NCBI GenBank assembly: GCA_019358915.1 | Contig: JAHHIM010000013.1 | Span: 32,001 to 96,000, forward strand | Length of the DNA: 64,000 bases | Source of the DNA: Trichormus sp. ATA11-4-KO1 | GTDB taxonomy: Bacteria; Cyanobacteriota; Cyanobacteriia; Cyanobacteriales; Nostocaceae | Direction: 5' to 3' | Shown: positions 35,095-45,800 of the stretch, piece after piece | How positions within the stretch are numbered: the stretch's first letter is position 1 | How the letters are laid out: each line of letters begins with the position of its first letter | Notes under the pieces: model-generated | The model's input: only the letters and a program-made list of their open reading frames with translations | Told to the model about the DNA's origin: nothing | The model's database searches: none | Translations under genes and position numbers: made by a program

Positions 35095-36267
35095 TTAAAA
35101 TTTGAGGATTTCTCGGTCATAGTTGTCGGGAAGGGGTTCAATTTCCCAGACTATGCCTTCTCCTGCTTCTAAAGCAACTTCTACATAAAGTTGTTCTACG
35201 GCAGTTGTGGCTGTATCTTCATTGTTGGGGAAAGGCTGTAAATCTTCAGTCAGGAGTCTCAGTGTAAAACCACCAGGAATGGCTGCGCCCACTGTAGTGT
35301 GACGCAACTCAAAGCGCCAATATGGAGCGTCGGGTTCGCCTTGTGGTGTAATTAACAGTTCATATAATTGCCCGGCGATCGCTAGTTGGCGTGATAAAGT
35401 TACTCCTGGTGGGATTTCTTCTGCACTCCGCGCCCCCGCCGCACTCAACTGCATATTTAATTTTCCCCAGCCTATGGCTTCTGCCACTTGAGAAACGCCA
35501 CTTTGCAACCATTGGATCACTGAGCGTTGTTCTGGTAGCCCTATGCGGCGTTCATATAAACTTTGTCGCCAGCCGCCATGGGCAATTAATCCTCCCCACA
35601 ATTGAAAAGGAATAGCTAAACGCGGGGTGATAATTTCTGGATTTCCTAGCCGGGTAATGAGGTTTTGGGCTTGTGCCTGTGGTAGGGTGGGCAACTGGAT
35701 AGTAGCGCTACGTGTGACTGCATCTGCACAAAAATCCCGCACCACAGTTAATACACTGATATCAGCAATCATCTCAGTCGCATCCAAAGTATAAGTGCGA
35801 TCGCCTGAGTCATAATTGCCTTGATTTTTGAGTTGTTCATGAGTACAGTAACCCCAAACCCTGACATAACCTTCATCAGGTTCTACTTGGACTGCTAAAT
35901 AGTAATCACCCGCCCAACTCGATAAATCTACCCATTCTTGAGGTACACGTATTTCACTGGAGTCAATAGTTTCACTAGGAACCAAAATAAATCTAGTTGC
36001 GTCTGCTGTAACTGCGGTTCCGTTCACTAGTTCCCAAAAACTAGATAAAGCTGTAGTATTTGGCCAAACCTGGGCTGGGGATGTGAAATCCTCTTGCAAC
36101 CAAGGCAAAACAGCACCTAAACAAAGTTCGTTGAGATAAGCTTGATAACCAGAACTAGGTTGAGAAAAAGATTGACTGTGAAGACGTGCTTGACGTTCTA
36201 CAGTAGCAGGAATTTCCAAAATCAGGTCTGTTGAGGCAAAACTTATGATAGGGGTGTTAGCAGTCAT
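35095..36267 (-). CDS. DUF1822 family protein
   Basis: AYLNELCL..VLPWLQE, WELVNGTA, VPQEWVD..W.GDYYLAVQV, VWGY.TH; typical partner of the upstream sigma-like gene. Confidence 0.85.
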   Translation of the reverse strand: MTANTPIISFASTDLILEIPATVERQARLHSQSFSQPSSGYQAYLNELCLGAVLPWLQEDFTSPAQVWPNTTALSSFWELVNGTAVTADATRFILVPSETIDSSEIRVPQEWVDLSSWAGDYYLAVQVEPDEGYVRVWGYCTHEQLKNQGNYDSGDRTYTLDATEMIADISVLTVVRDFCADAVTRSATIQLPTLPQAQAQNLITRLGNPEIITPRLAIPFQLWGGLIAHGGWRQSLYERRIGLPEQRSVIQWLQSGVSQVAEAIGWGKLNMQLSAAGARSAEEIPPGVTLSRQLAIAGQLYELLITPQGEPDAPYWRFELRHTTVGAAIPGGFTLRLLTEDLQPFPNNEDTATTAVEQLYVEVALEAGEGIVWEIEPLPDNYDREILKF

Positions 36268-36352
36268 GGGTAATACTCCGGGGAACTCTTCAGCTTGTTT
36301 TGGATTTACCAGGGATTGCTATTCCCTAGCACAACAGACGCAAAACTTTGTT

Positions 36353-37531
36353 TTAGCATAGGTTAGAGGCGCTGTAATAGTTGTGCAGCCATTCCTCAAT
36401 CACAGTACTCATACTTGTTAGTAGGTCTGTTGTCACAGAAATATGCAGGGTATCTTTACTCCAATTAGCTAAAGAACGCAGCAAAATTTCCTTGGCTTTT
36501 GTCAGTCGCCGCGAAACGGTATACTGCTTGATTTCTAGTTGTTTGGCAATTGCATCTTGATTCAACTGCTGACTGTAATATAGTTGCAGAATTTGTTGTA
36601 CTTGTGGATCTAGTTGGGCGATCGCCGTCGCTAAAACATGTTTAATTTCAGTTTGTTGCGCAGTCCGCGTTGCTGTTTCTTCTTGGACGATGATTTCCTG
36701 GATCAGGGATTCTTGTTGCGTTCCTGGGAGATTATCAAGTAATTCCCATGAATCATCACCACTTTTGGAGACATTTAGCGAATCTGGGGTGGGATACAGA
36801 TATTTACGCGCTGCTTTTGCCGCACTTAGTAGCCATTTTTCTAAGTTTGCTGGGTCTTCTGACTGAGTACTTTGTGAATTATAAGCTTTAGCGATCGCCT
36901 GCCAAATCTCAGGATCTGGTCGAGAAAGTTGGCGGGAGTTACCAGCTTTTACAGGGACATACAGAGTTTTAAAACATCGCCAAGCTAAAACGTAAGTATT
37001 AATTGTCTCTGGGGATAAACCAGCATTTTGCAAAGACTCTTCCAACCGCTTTTGCGATATTTTGCGTAACAGACCCCAATCTGTACAAATATCAACTTCT
37101 CGACATTGGCGCAAGGTTTCGCGGATAGCACTACCAAAGATCACGCCGGCGTAGCTTTTGAGTGTGCTGCTTTGACTGGGATTAAAACCTTTCAAAACTC
37201 GATCAATTTGGGCGATCGCAATTTGAAAACAGTCTGCAAGTCTGTACTGAGTACTGACAAAGTTAGCAACCGTTTTTTGGGAAGTCCAATAGCAGGGTTC
37301 TTGTAAATAAGCGGCAAGATGTTGCTTGGCTAGTAATTTTGTTTCGGAAATTTGCCAAAACTTATACCAATACAAAACCCAAAAATACTCAGAACTTTCT
37401 TTTGGTGTTTGGTTTAAACAACTTTGAATACTGCGACGCAATCGCGATTCTATCGCCCAACGACTGAAACGGTCTCCGTCAAATTGCACGAAAGTTGAAA
37501 AAATTTCAATGATGCTTTGCCGAGGTTGCAT
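36353..37531 (-). CDS. Cyanobacterial sigma-70-like factor (DUF1822-associated family)
   Basis: HLAAYLQEPCYW and DWGLLRK motifs; C-terminal region-4 HTH (ILQLYY...QDAIAKQLEIKQYTVSRRL). Confidence 0.8.
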   Translation of the reverse strand: MQPRQSIIEIFSTFVQFDGDRFSRWAIESRLRRSIQSCLNQTPKESSEYFWVLYWYKFWQISETKLLAKQHLAAYLQEPCYWTSQKTVANFVSTQYRLADCFQIAIAQIDRVLKGFNPSQSSTLKSYAGVIFGSAIRETLRQCREVDICTDWGLLRKISQKRLEESLQNAGLSPETINTYVLAWRCFKTLYVPVKAGNSRQLSRPDPEIWQAIAKAYNSQSTQSEDPANLEKWLLSAAKAARKYLYPTPDSLNVSKSGDDSWELLDNLPGTQQESLIQEIIVQEETATRTAQQTEIKHVLATAIAQLDPQVQQILQLYYSQQLNQDAIAKQLEIKQYTVSRRLTKAKEILLRSLANWSKDTLHISVTTDLLTSMSTVIEEWLHNYYSASNLC

Positions 37532-37574
37532 AAAAAATGGGAAACCGACCTAAAGGAAGAGTGGAGGCGTTGAA
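37527..37574 (+). promoter_or_regulatory. Shared promoter-like motif, copy 1
   Basis: TGCATAAA(37527)-N13-ACCTA(37548)-N7-AGTGGAGG(37560)CGTTGAA; its CAT is the antisense of the sigma gene start codon. Confidence 0.65.
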
Positions 37575-37656
37575 CAATACCTGCACAAACTTTACTACAA
37601 GGAATGAGGGTCATGTTTCGCCTAGTAATGAAATTTTTAACATTTAATGGAGATTT

Positions 37657-38130
37657 ATGAAAATGTTACAACGTTCTTTAAGTTTTGCTGCTGCTAGTAT
37701 TGCCTTAACTGCTAGTTTAGTTAGTCCGGCAATGGCTGCCCCTGGTGATTTTGTGGGAACATGGGTGAATAAAGATGCTAATACTCGTGGGATTACTCGC
37801 TTAGTGATTACATCAGCAGGTGGTAATAAATTAAACATTCAAGTATTTGGTAAATGTCATCCCCAGGATTGTGATTGGGGTAAAACATCATTAGTTACCT
37901 ATGGTCTCAATGTCCAAGATACTAATCATAGTTATGCCTCAGCCAACTATAACAAGAGTTTTGCTAATTCTTTCTTAACCTTGGGTCATTCTGGTAATCA
38001 AATTATGTTGCAAGGCTACACTCAGTTTTTGGATAATAGTAATCGCCAAAATTACTATTCCCGTGATTACTTTCAAAAGCAAACAAGAGTGAGAGTTCCT
38101 GGTAATATTCGGAGATTGCCCAATTTTTAG
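37657..38130 (+). CDS. Secreted hypothetical protein
   Basis: Signal peptide ending PAMA; FVGTWVN and GKCHPQDCDWG; beta-rich; RBS GGAG. Confidence 0.75.
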   Translation: MKMLQRSLSFAAASIALTASLVSPAMAAPGDFVGTWVNKDANTRGITRLVITSAGGNKLNIQVFGKCHPQDCDWGKTSLVTYGLNVQDTNHSYASANYNKSFANSFLTLGHSGNQIMLQGYTQFLDNSNRQNYYSRDYFQKQTRVRVPGNIRRLPNF

Positions 38131-40067
38131 ATTTGTAATAACCCCTCTGGATTTACGGACAAAAGCGATCGCCTCTGTAATCCCTCTCGATGTAAAATCT
38201 CATTGGCTGCCAATAAGCCACTACTAACTGCCCTTTCCATTAATCCACAAGGGAAGGGCATTTTTACCCAATCTCCAGCAAATAGTAAATTAGATACATC
38301 GGTACTGGTTTCTGGACGTTCGGCATAACTCTTGGGTGGATATCCCGAAAAGTTACGCTGATTGACTAGTTCTCGATGCAGGATTTTGGCTTGTTTTAAC
38401 TCAGGCACAATTTCATAAAGTTCCTGTGCAAATGTTGTTAATAAAGCTGCTTGGGTGGGAAATTCTTTTTCTTTATAACAATAGGCGTGTAACTCTACAA
38501 CACTACCACCAGTGCGTTGTGACCAGTCGATGAATTGTTGTTGAATGCGATGATAAAGGGTGATACTATCAGTTAACTGGTAGCCAGATAAAGAAGTAAA
38601 ATTACTTTGTTTCCACTCAAAATCCCGGTCAAACCAGAAACGACACACAGCAAAAGGATCGGCAATACTCAACTTTTCGACTTGCGATCGCACTTTTTGG
38701 TCTACATCTCCACTAACTCGCTTGAATAGTTGTTGCACACCAGGGACATCGGTAGCAAACACATAATAATCGGCTGTGATTGTTTGTGGTGATAATGATT
38801 CATGATTTACTGCAATCAGTTGCAACTCATCATTTTGTCGTTGCGCTACTTTAAACTTAGGTAAATCTTGTTGAGCCGGCCCTTTTAAAACTTTACCATC
38901 AGCAGTAAACACTGCTCCATGACAAGGGCAATGAAATTTCCCGTCTGCTGCTTGCTTAACAGTACAACCTTGATGAGTACAAGTGAGGGAAATAGCTTCT
39001 TTACTCCCAGATGGTAAAGCAAATACTTCATCAGCCGCTCCAAAATATTCTATCTTGCCATCAGCAATAACTGAGTTTTGTTTTACCCAAAAAGGAACAT
39101 GGTTTTGATTACTGCCAACATAATAATTTAGGGCATCAATCTTACCTGCCACAGCCGGAACTTCACTCACAGTTGCACCAGTGATTATTTTACCCCCATT
39201 ACTTTGAATTGCTCTAGCAATAGGTTGCACTAAACTTGTACCCATATCATCTTTAGTGCCATTAAAAGCAAGTCCTTCTGGATTGCCAAAAAAATAAAAA
39301 TGAAAGAACTGCATGAGTTCTCCCACACTCATCATATCTGGAGCATTTAAGCTGGATTTAGCAAAGGGCAGAAAATACAAATCGTATAAACCCTGGGGAA
39401 ATTCTGTTTTTACCCAGTCAGCCACCGAGATATGATCAAATCGCTGATAGTTTCTTTCTCTTTGAAACCCAGTAATTGCTTGGAAAACTTGTAAATGCTT
39501 GAATTTAGTCAGATTAATTCCCCATTGGAAGCGGTTGGGAGAAGCGATCGCTAAATCTACAATATTCCAAGGAAAAGCCGAATGACTGGGGCGAAATACC
39601 TCTGGTTGGTATTTGGCATCGCGGTAAACTACAGAATAAAAATTTAACGATTGAAAGTTATGATTAATTTCCAGTTCGGAAACTACACTTTTTAGATTAT
39701 AATACTGGGGAAAAAATCCATGAAAGCCATGTTCCATCATGAAGTTTTCACCAGCAGCTTCTATTTGCCAACTAGCAATTTTGCCACCGAGTTGGGGAGA
39801 TTTCTCTAAGAGAGTAACTGCAAACCCTCTTTGACTCAATTCATAAGCACAAGCTAAACCTGCTAAACCACCTCCAACTACTACAACACTTTTATTTTGA
39901 TTTAAGATTCGTGGCAAACTCAGGGTATCTTTTTGAAAAACTGTTGGTTTTGGCTTAGTAAACCGGGAGTATCCTGCTCCTCCGACAATCGCACTAATGC
40001 CAAATAATTTTAGTAGTGTACGACGGGAGACAACAGATGATTCCGGTGAATTAAATAGTAAACTCAT
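38127..40067 (-). CDS. cruE: CrtU/CruE-like carotenoid desaturase/methyltransferase with inserted Rieske domain
   Basis: GGGLAGL FAD motif, EHGFHGFF, Rieske CTHQGC...CPCHG, AGDWV...MERAV; SRRTLLK N-terminus. Confidence 0.72.
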   Translation of the reverse strand: MSLLFNSPESSVVSRRTLLKLFGISAIVGGAGYSRFTKPKPTVFQKDTLSLPRILNQNKSVVVVGGGLAGLACAYELSQRGFAVTLLEKSPQLGGKIASWQIEAAGENFMMEHGFHGFFPQYYNLKSVVSELEINHNFQSLNFYSVVYRDAKYQPEVFRPSHSAFPWNIVDLAIASPNRFQWGINLTKFKHLQVFQAITGFQRERNYQRFDHISVADWVKTEFPQGLYDLYFLPFAKSSLNAPDMMSVGELMQFFHFYFFGNPEGLAFNGTKDDMGTSLVQPIARAIQSNGGKIITGATVSEVPAVAGKIDALNYYVGSNQNHVPFWVKQNSVIADGKIEYFGAADEVFALPSGSKEAISLTCTHQGCTVKQAADGKFHCPCHGAVFTADGKVLKGPAQQDLPKFKVAQRQNDELQLIAVNHESLSPQTITADYYVFATDVPGVQQLFKRVSGDVDQKVRSQVEKLSIADPFAVCRFWFDRDFEWKQSNFTSLSGYQLTDSITLYHRIQQQFIDWSQRTGGSVVELHAYCYKEKEFPTQAALLTTFAQELYEIVPELKQAKILHRELVNQRNFSGYPPKSYAERPETSTDVSNLLFAGDWVKMPFPCGLMERAVSSGLLAANEILHREGLQRRSLLSVNPEGLLQI

Positions 40068-40429
40068 GTTACACAATTAGATCTTCACGATCAATGACTG
40101 GCGTGAAATTAATGACTATCAGCTAATTAAATTTTAAAATTATTTTTGCAGTTTTTTATTGATGCTGAACGAAATTATTTTTGCAGAATTCAGGCAATTG
40201 TCAATACCTGATGATAAATTTTGAGAATAATGCACTTCAACTTTACATAGTCAACGTTTCTATCTAATGGGATGTCAGACAGCAAAAATTGAGTAAACAA
40301 ATTAGAAGATTATTTGATAGTTTAATATATTATTTAATAATTAGCTACCAAGAGTTAAGTAGTTGGTCATGAGCAGAAGCAGAGGAACAGAGGAGAATAT
40401 TAATACAATTTCCCCAATGCCCACTCCCC

Positions 40430-40652
40430 TAATGAAGAGTGCTGAGTTAAAAGTGCTGAGTGCTGAGTTAAAAAACCGCCCACATTCGGCAAGGCTCAGT
40501 GACCACAATTCGCGGGGTATCAACCTTCTGACAGTAATCAGATTCCGCCCACACTTCGGCAAGGCTCAGTGACCACAAGGGACGGGGCTTGTACCGAGTG
40601 CGAAAGTCCTTCCTTCTTCTTCTTTTGACTCAGCACTCAGCACTCAGCACTG
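40430..40652 (+). mobile_element. MITE-like dispersed element, copy 2 (longest)
   Basis: Same ends as 20797-20950; contains two copies of TTCGGCAAGGCTCAGTGACCACAA. Confidence 0.7.
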
Positions 40653-41082
40653 AGTAAGATGAATAGGATACAGCCTTGGGTCTGAACTATACCAGAATTT
40701 TCCTGCGCGATCGCCATAACAATCACACTCAAGGGTCAGAGGTTATGGTTCTGGTAAAGTTGCTAGTGGTCTATGACTTAGTACAGATTTGCGTAAAATC
40801 ATGGCGAATTGAGGTTGGAAATTTAAACGCAAAGGAGCGCAGAGGTACGCAAAGAATTCGCTACGAATTAATGAAATGTTGTACTTAGCTGCTGTGGAGT
40901 GTTGTTTTGCCATTATTTCATCTATCCTAGGAGTGATGTTCATTGAATTCGCCTCAGATTTTGGCTTTGGTTACGGCTGAGGATTGCCAGTCAGTTAACC
41001 CTTTGGTTTACTAAGAGTTGAGATTTGAAGCTACCACTGGTCAGAGATTTTGATATTCCCCACTCCCTACCCCCAAAATTCC

Positions 41083-41856
41083 ATGAAGTATTGGCGTGAA
41101 ACTATAGCTGTAACTCAGCGTATCTTAATTGAACTGTTGCGCCGTAGACGCAGCCTAATTTTTTGGAGTATTTTTCCCATTTCAGTATTAATCCTCAGTG
41201 GATTTATTCTAGTAGAACGGGCAGAATTATCACTAGCTGATGCTTTTGGATATGCTGCACCTTCTACTTTGGTAGGTGCGGCGTTATTTTTTAGCTGTTT
41301 GGGTGGTAGTGTGGCTACTGTTGTTGCCGAAAGAGAACAGCAGACCCTGAAACGTTTATTTATTTCACCCTTAAGTGGCACTTCCTATTTTTTGGGGATT
41401 TTTCTGGCTCATAGTTGCATTGGTATGGGACAGACACTTTTGGTTTATACAATTGCCGCTTTTTGGGGTGCTACTTTTAAGGGTTCTATTTTATTAGGAC
41501 TCACGATTATTTTTATGAGTATCGTGGCTTACGTTGGTTTAGGCTTTATTTTGGGTACTCAATTAGCTCGGCGCATCGAAGATGTCAACGCTTTAGTGGC
41601 TGCGTTTGGAGTTCCTTTATTAATTTTAGGAGGGGCATTTTTGCCTGCTTCACTGTTTCCCCAAAACCTAATTAATATTGCCAAATATAATCCAATTTAT
41701 CATATGAATGAAGCTTTTGTGGGTGTATCATCCCAAGGTTATGAAATCAGCCAAATCACATCACATTTTTGGTTTTTACTAGTGTTTGCATTGGTGATGA
41801 TTGTAGGTGGCTGGTTATCTTATCAACGAATGCTGATAGTAGAAAGAAGACTTTAA
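41083..41856 (+). CDS. ABC-2 type transporter permease
   Basis: About 6 TM helices, EREQQTLKRL, NPIYH. Confidence 0.9.
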   Translation: MKYWRETIAVTQRILIELLRRRRSLIFWSIFPISVLILSGFILVERAELSLADAFGYAAPSTLVGAALFFSCLGGSVATVVAEREQQTLKRLFISPLSGTSYFLGIFLAHSCIGMGQTLLVYTIAAFWGATFKGSILLGLTIIFMSIVAYVGLGFILGTQLARRIEDVNALVAAFGVPLLILGGAFLPASLFPQNLINIAKYNPIYHMNEAFVGVSSQGYEISQITSHFWFLLVFALVMIVGGWLSYQRMLIVERRL

Positions 41857-41867
41857 AATTTTTCAAT

Positions 41868-42764
41868 ATGCTAAAAATTCAAAATTTAAATAAATCATAC
41901 AACACCAGAAAAGTTCTTCAAAATTTGACATTGCATATTGAATCTGGAGAAATTTACGGTTTGCTGGGAGCTAATGGAGCCGGGAAAACCACAACAATCA
42001 ATATTATTTGTAATTTACTCAAGGCTGACAGTGGTAAAGTTACAATTAATCATCAACCAGTTTCTGAAGCGACCAAAAAAATAATTGGTATTGCTCCTCA
42101 AGAGAATTTACTCTATAAAACTCTATCTTGTGAGGAGAATTTGCAATTTTTTGCTGATATTTATGGACTAAATCGGGAAACACGACAAAAACAAATAAAA
42201 GCAACTTTGGCAGCAGTAAATTTATTAGACAGAGCCAAAAGTCCAGTGGAAACCCTCAGTGGTGGGATGAGGCGGCGGTTAAATATAGCGGTTGCTCTGG
42301 TACATCAGCCACAGTTAGTAATTTTAGATGAACCAACTACGGGGTTAGATATTGAAGCACGATATGAAATCTGGGAGTTGATTCGGCAATTAAAAAATCA
42401 GGGGATTACCGTTTTGTTAACAACTCATTTATTAGACGAAGCAGAGCGACTTTGTGATAGAATTGGTATTCTCAAAAATGGTCAGGTTCTGGCAGAGGGG
42501 AGTTTAGCCGAGTTACGCACTTTGATTCCAGCTTCCGAAATTTTAGTATTACAAACTGCACAAATAGAACAAGCGATCGCCCGCGCCCAATCATATGGTT
42601 TTACGCATAAATATTATGGTAATGAACTAGCTTTTTGGTTACCAGAATCTCTAGAATTAAAAGAAATTATTGCCCGGTTTGAGGGAATAGAAATTGATGC
42701 GATCGCACGTCAGTCCGTGCGCTTAGAGCATATTTATTTGGAAGTAACACAAGCAGGCGCGTAG
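41868..42764 (+). CDS. ABC transporter ATP-binding protein
   Basis: GANGAGKT, LSGGM, LDEPT, TTH. Confidence 0.95.
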   Translation: MLKIQNLNKSYNTRKVLQNLTLHIESGEIYGLLGANGAGKTTTINIICNLLKADSGKVTINHQPVSEATKKIIGIAPQENLLYKTLSCEENLQFFADIYGLNRETRQKQIKATLAAVNLLDRAKSPVETLSGGMRRRLNIAVALVHQPQLVILDEPTTGLDIEARYEIWELIRQLKNQGITVLLTTHLLDEAERLCDRIGILKNGQVLAEGSLAELRTLIPASEILVLQTAQIEQAIARAQSYGFTHKYYGNELAFWLPESLELKEIIARFEGIEIDAIARQSVRLEHIYLEVTQAGA

Positions 42765-42814
42765 CGACTTCCGGGAAGGAAGACCGCCTGCGCAGGTTAA
42801 AAATCTCTTAATGC

Positions 42815-45800
42815 TTAACTTTCTGACTCTTCTTGAGAGAACTTTTTATGGATGGTTTTAGTTTGTGTCCCATTAGCAGCAATGGCCGTCATTAGATAGT
42901 CAATTAAGTTGTCTGAAAAGGGAACACGCAAATGGAAACTACCATCTGATTTGAGTGTGATGGGATTACCACCAACAGTTACTGTTGCACCAGGCTCTGT
43001 TGCTCCGTGGATAATTAACTCAGCATCTGCTACAAACCAGAAATCGGCTTGGGGACGACTAAAGACGCGCACCCTGGGGGAACGGGCAATTGTCTCCCAG
43101 CGATCGCCTGCTGTTACATAGCCAATTTCGGCAATATAGTCACGATCGCTCGTGGGAATGGCGACATAGCGATCGCGTGTGATTTCCTCACATTCATACT
43201 GCTGCAAAAGCTGGGGAGGATGATAACTCAAATCCAAATCTGTGACATCATACAGGCGCAGAGATAATCGATATATGCCCGCATTTCGCAGTGCTTGCTT
43301 GCTAGTTTCGGCAATATGCCAAGCAGTATAAGCCCACTTGGCAGTCCGGGGTTTGAGGATAATACTACTTTCTTCATCTGGATTGTGCAAGTGCACGGAT
43401 GTTTCGTCTGCTGTCGGTGGATTTTCCACTGTAATTTCTGCTAGGGGAAGACTAAAGACGCGCACCCTGGAGGAACGCGCAATTGTCACCCAGCGATCGC
43501 CTTCAGTTATATAGCCTATTTCAGCAATGTAATCGCGATCGCTTGTGGGAATCTCTAAATAATGTTCTGTGATTCCTGACTCAATTTCGTATTGCTTGAC
43601 TAGTTGGGGAGTTTGATAACTTAAGTCTAAATCCGTGACATCATATAACCGCAGTGCCAATTGGGAGATACCTGCATTTTGCAATGCTTGTTGGCAAGTT
43701 TCTTCTATGTACCAAGTTGCATAAGCCCATTGAGGGTTCCGGGGTTTGAGGGTGATACTTCTTTCCCCCTCGATATTGAGTAAGGGATCATCTGTGGCTA
43801 GGGGAAGACTAAAGACGCGCGCCCTGGGGGAGCGAGCAATTGTCATCCAGCGATCGCCTTCAGTTATATAGCCAATTTCGGCAATGTAGTCGCGATCGCT
43901 TGTAGGAATCTCTAAATAATGTTCTGTGATTCCTGACTCAATTTCGTATTGCTTGACTAGTTGGGGAGTTTGATAACTTAAGTCTAAATCTGTGACATCA
44001 TATAACCGCAACGCCAATTGGGAGATACCTGCATTTTGCAATGCTTGTTGGCAAGTTTCTTCTATGTACCAAGTTGCATAAGCCCATTGAGGGTTCCGGG
44101 GTTTGAGAGTAATACTTCTTTCACCCTCGATATTGAGTAAGGGATCATTCCCAGTATTATAGGCTTGTTCCTCTGATTCGGTGTTGTCCTGATTACCAGA
44201 TATATTAGCCCATGTCCCAACGCCTGTTTCCTGTGACAGGTTAGATCCTGTTACATAGTCTATGGGTTCAGCCGCATCCGCTACTATATTCAATGTATCT
44301 TCGGGAATATCTGGGAATGTGGATTGTGAAGTAGTGACTGTCGGCGTAGGCTCCACATTTGATGTTTTTTCCTCTGCTACAGGTGAGATGATTTCATGAG
44401 TATGACTGAATTCTGTTGTATCACTGGTTTCTTCAATATTAGACCAGACGTTAGCTCCTGCTACTGCATCGCCAGCGACAGATGTAGTTTTAGTGATATC
44501 CTCAATTAAATCAGATTCTACTTGGTGTTGTTCTGCCGTCAATTCACCAGAGATATGCTGATATTCTTCATTAGATTTTACTTCAGTCATATCTGAGTCT
44601 GCTGGAGGAGTAACCTTAGATACATCTGGTATTTGAGGATATGAAGTATTAACTACAGCTGCTGGTGCTTCTATATCCCAAGGAGATTCGCTAAAATCAT
44701 AAGAGTTTATTTCAGTATAATTATTTAAATTTGTAACTTCATTAGGTGCATTATTATCTGCTCCTGTACCGGAAACTGTAGACGAAATAACTGCCCCCGA
44801 TCCTGCTACTAAGGAGGCAGCGTTGGATGTTGCTTCGGCTGGAGGTTCACTAACGGCAGGAGCAACATTCGTATCATTTGTTGCTATTTTTTCCCCATCG
44901 CCTGAAGGTAAATTTGGCATGTTATTTGCAGACTCAGTTGCCCACAAGCGTGACCGGAAAAACCACACCAGTAATCCGCCTATTCCCGCCGCAGGTAAAA
45001 GAAACCACCAAATTGGTATTTGTCTAGGACTAGAAGTTGTTTGTAAAGGAGGAGTGTCAGACGGCTGTTGGGCAACTGAAGTGGTGGCATCTGGTGTAGG
45101 ATTTGTTACAAGGAACGATGTTTGTGATTCTCCTCTAGCGATCGCCTCTGCTTCCGCAATTCTGCCTTCTTCTATAGCTTGCTGTCCTGGCGGTGCGAGT
45201 GTAAAACCGAGAAAGCTGGCTACACTAGGGCTAGGATTTTTTCTGTAAGCATAAACTAAAGGCTGGGAGTAGAGATATTGAGGATCATCTGGCAAGGCTT
45301 GCTCTAACGGGATCACTCGCACATTTGGCAGCTTTGATACATGATGAGCCATTGCATAGCTGATGCCGTCATTGCCCAATTGTTTAACGATTTCTGCGGT
45401 GTCATCCTCGTCAAGTTGAGTAGCATTAGAGCCTGTAGAAAATTGAGCAGCCTTGAAAGCCGGATAAGTGCGAAACGTATTGCGGGTATCACTGGTGGCT
45501 GGGCGATCAATTACCCGAATCTTACCCCCAGGAGCTCCCAATTGTGACCAATCTGTAATTCCTCCCCGGAAAATTCTCGCGAATTGCCTATCAGTCAAGC
45601 TGCCCTGAAAAGGATTATCTACACCCACGATAATCGCAATTTTTTCTCGGTGAATCGGCACTTGCTCCAGACCTTGCGCTTGTTCTTGCGGAGTCAAGCC
45701 ACGAGCGATCGCGACTACATCGACGGTTCCATCTAGCAAAGCTTGTATTGCTACATCAGCGCCGTTAGCAGCAACTTCCACATTTGTACCAAAAAACTGT

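Noticed and set aside
33111..35141. Many overlapping alternative ORFs in and around ilvD
   Set aside because: Expected from high GC and scarce stop codons; none has recognisable motifs.
40430..40652. Repeated TTCGGCAAGGCTCAGTGACCACAA units as a possible CRISPR mini-array
   Set aside because: Only two units, embedded in a dispersed element also found at 20797; no cas genes or leader.
40341..40943. Short ORFs between the cruE-like gene and the ABC permease (also 20867-21097 and 61537-61830)
   Set aside because: They are translations of repeat elements, without RBS or protein-like composition.
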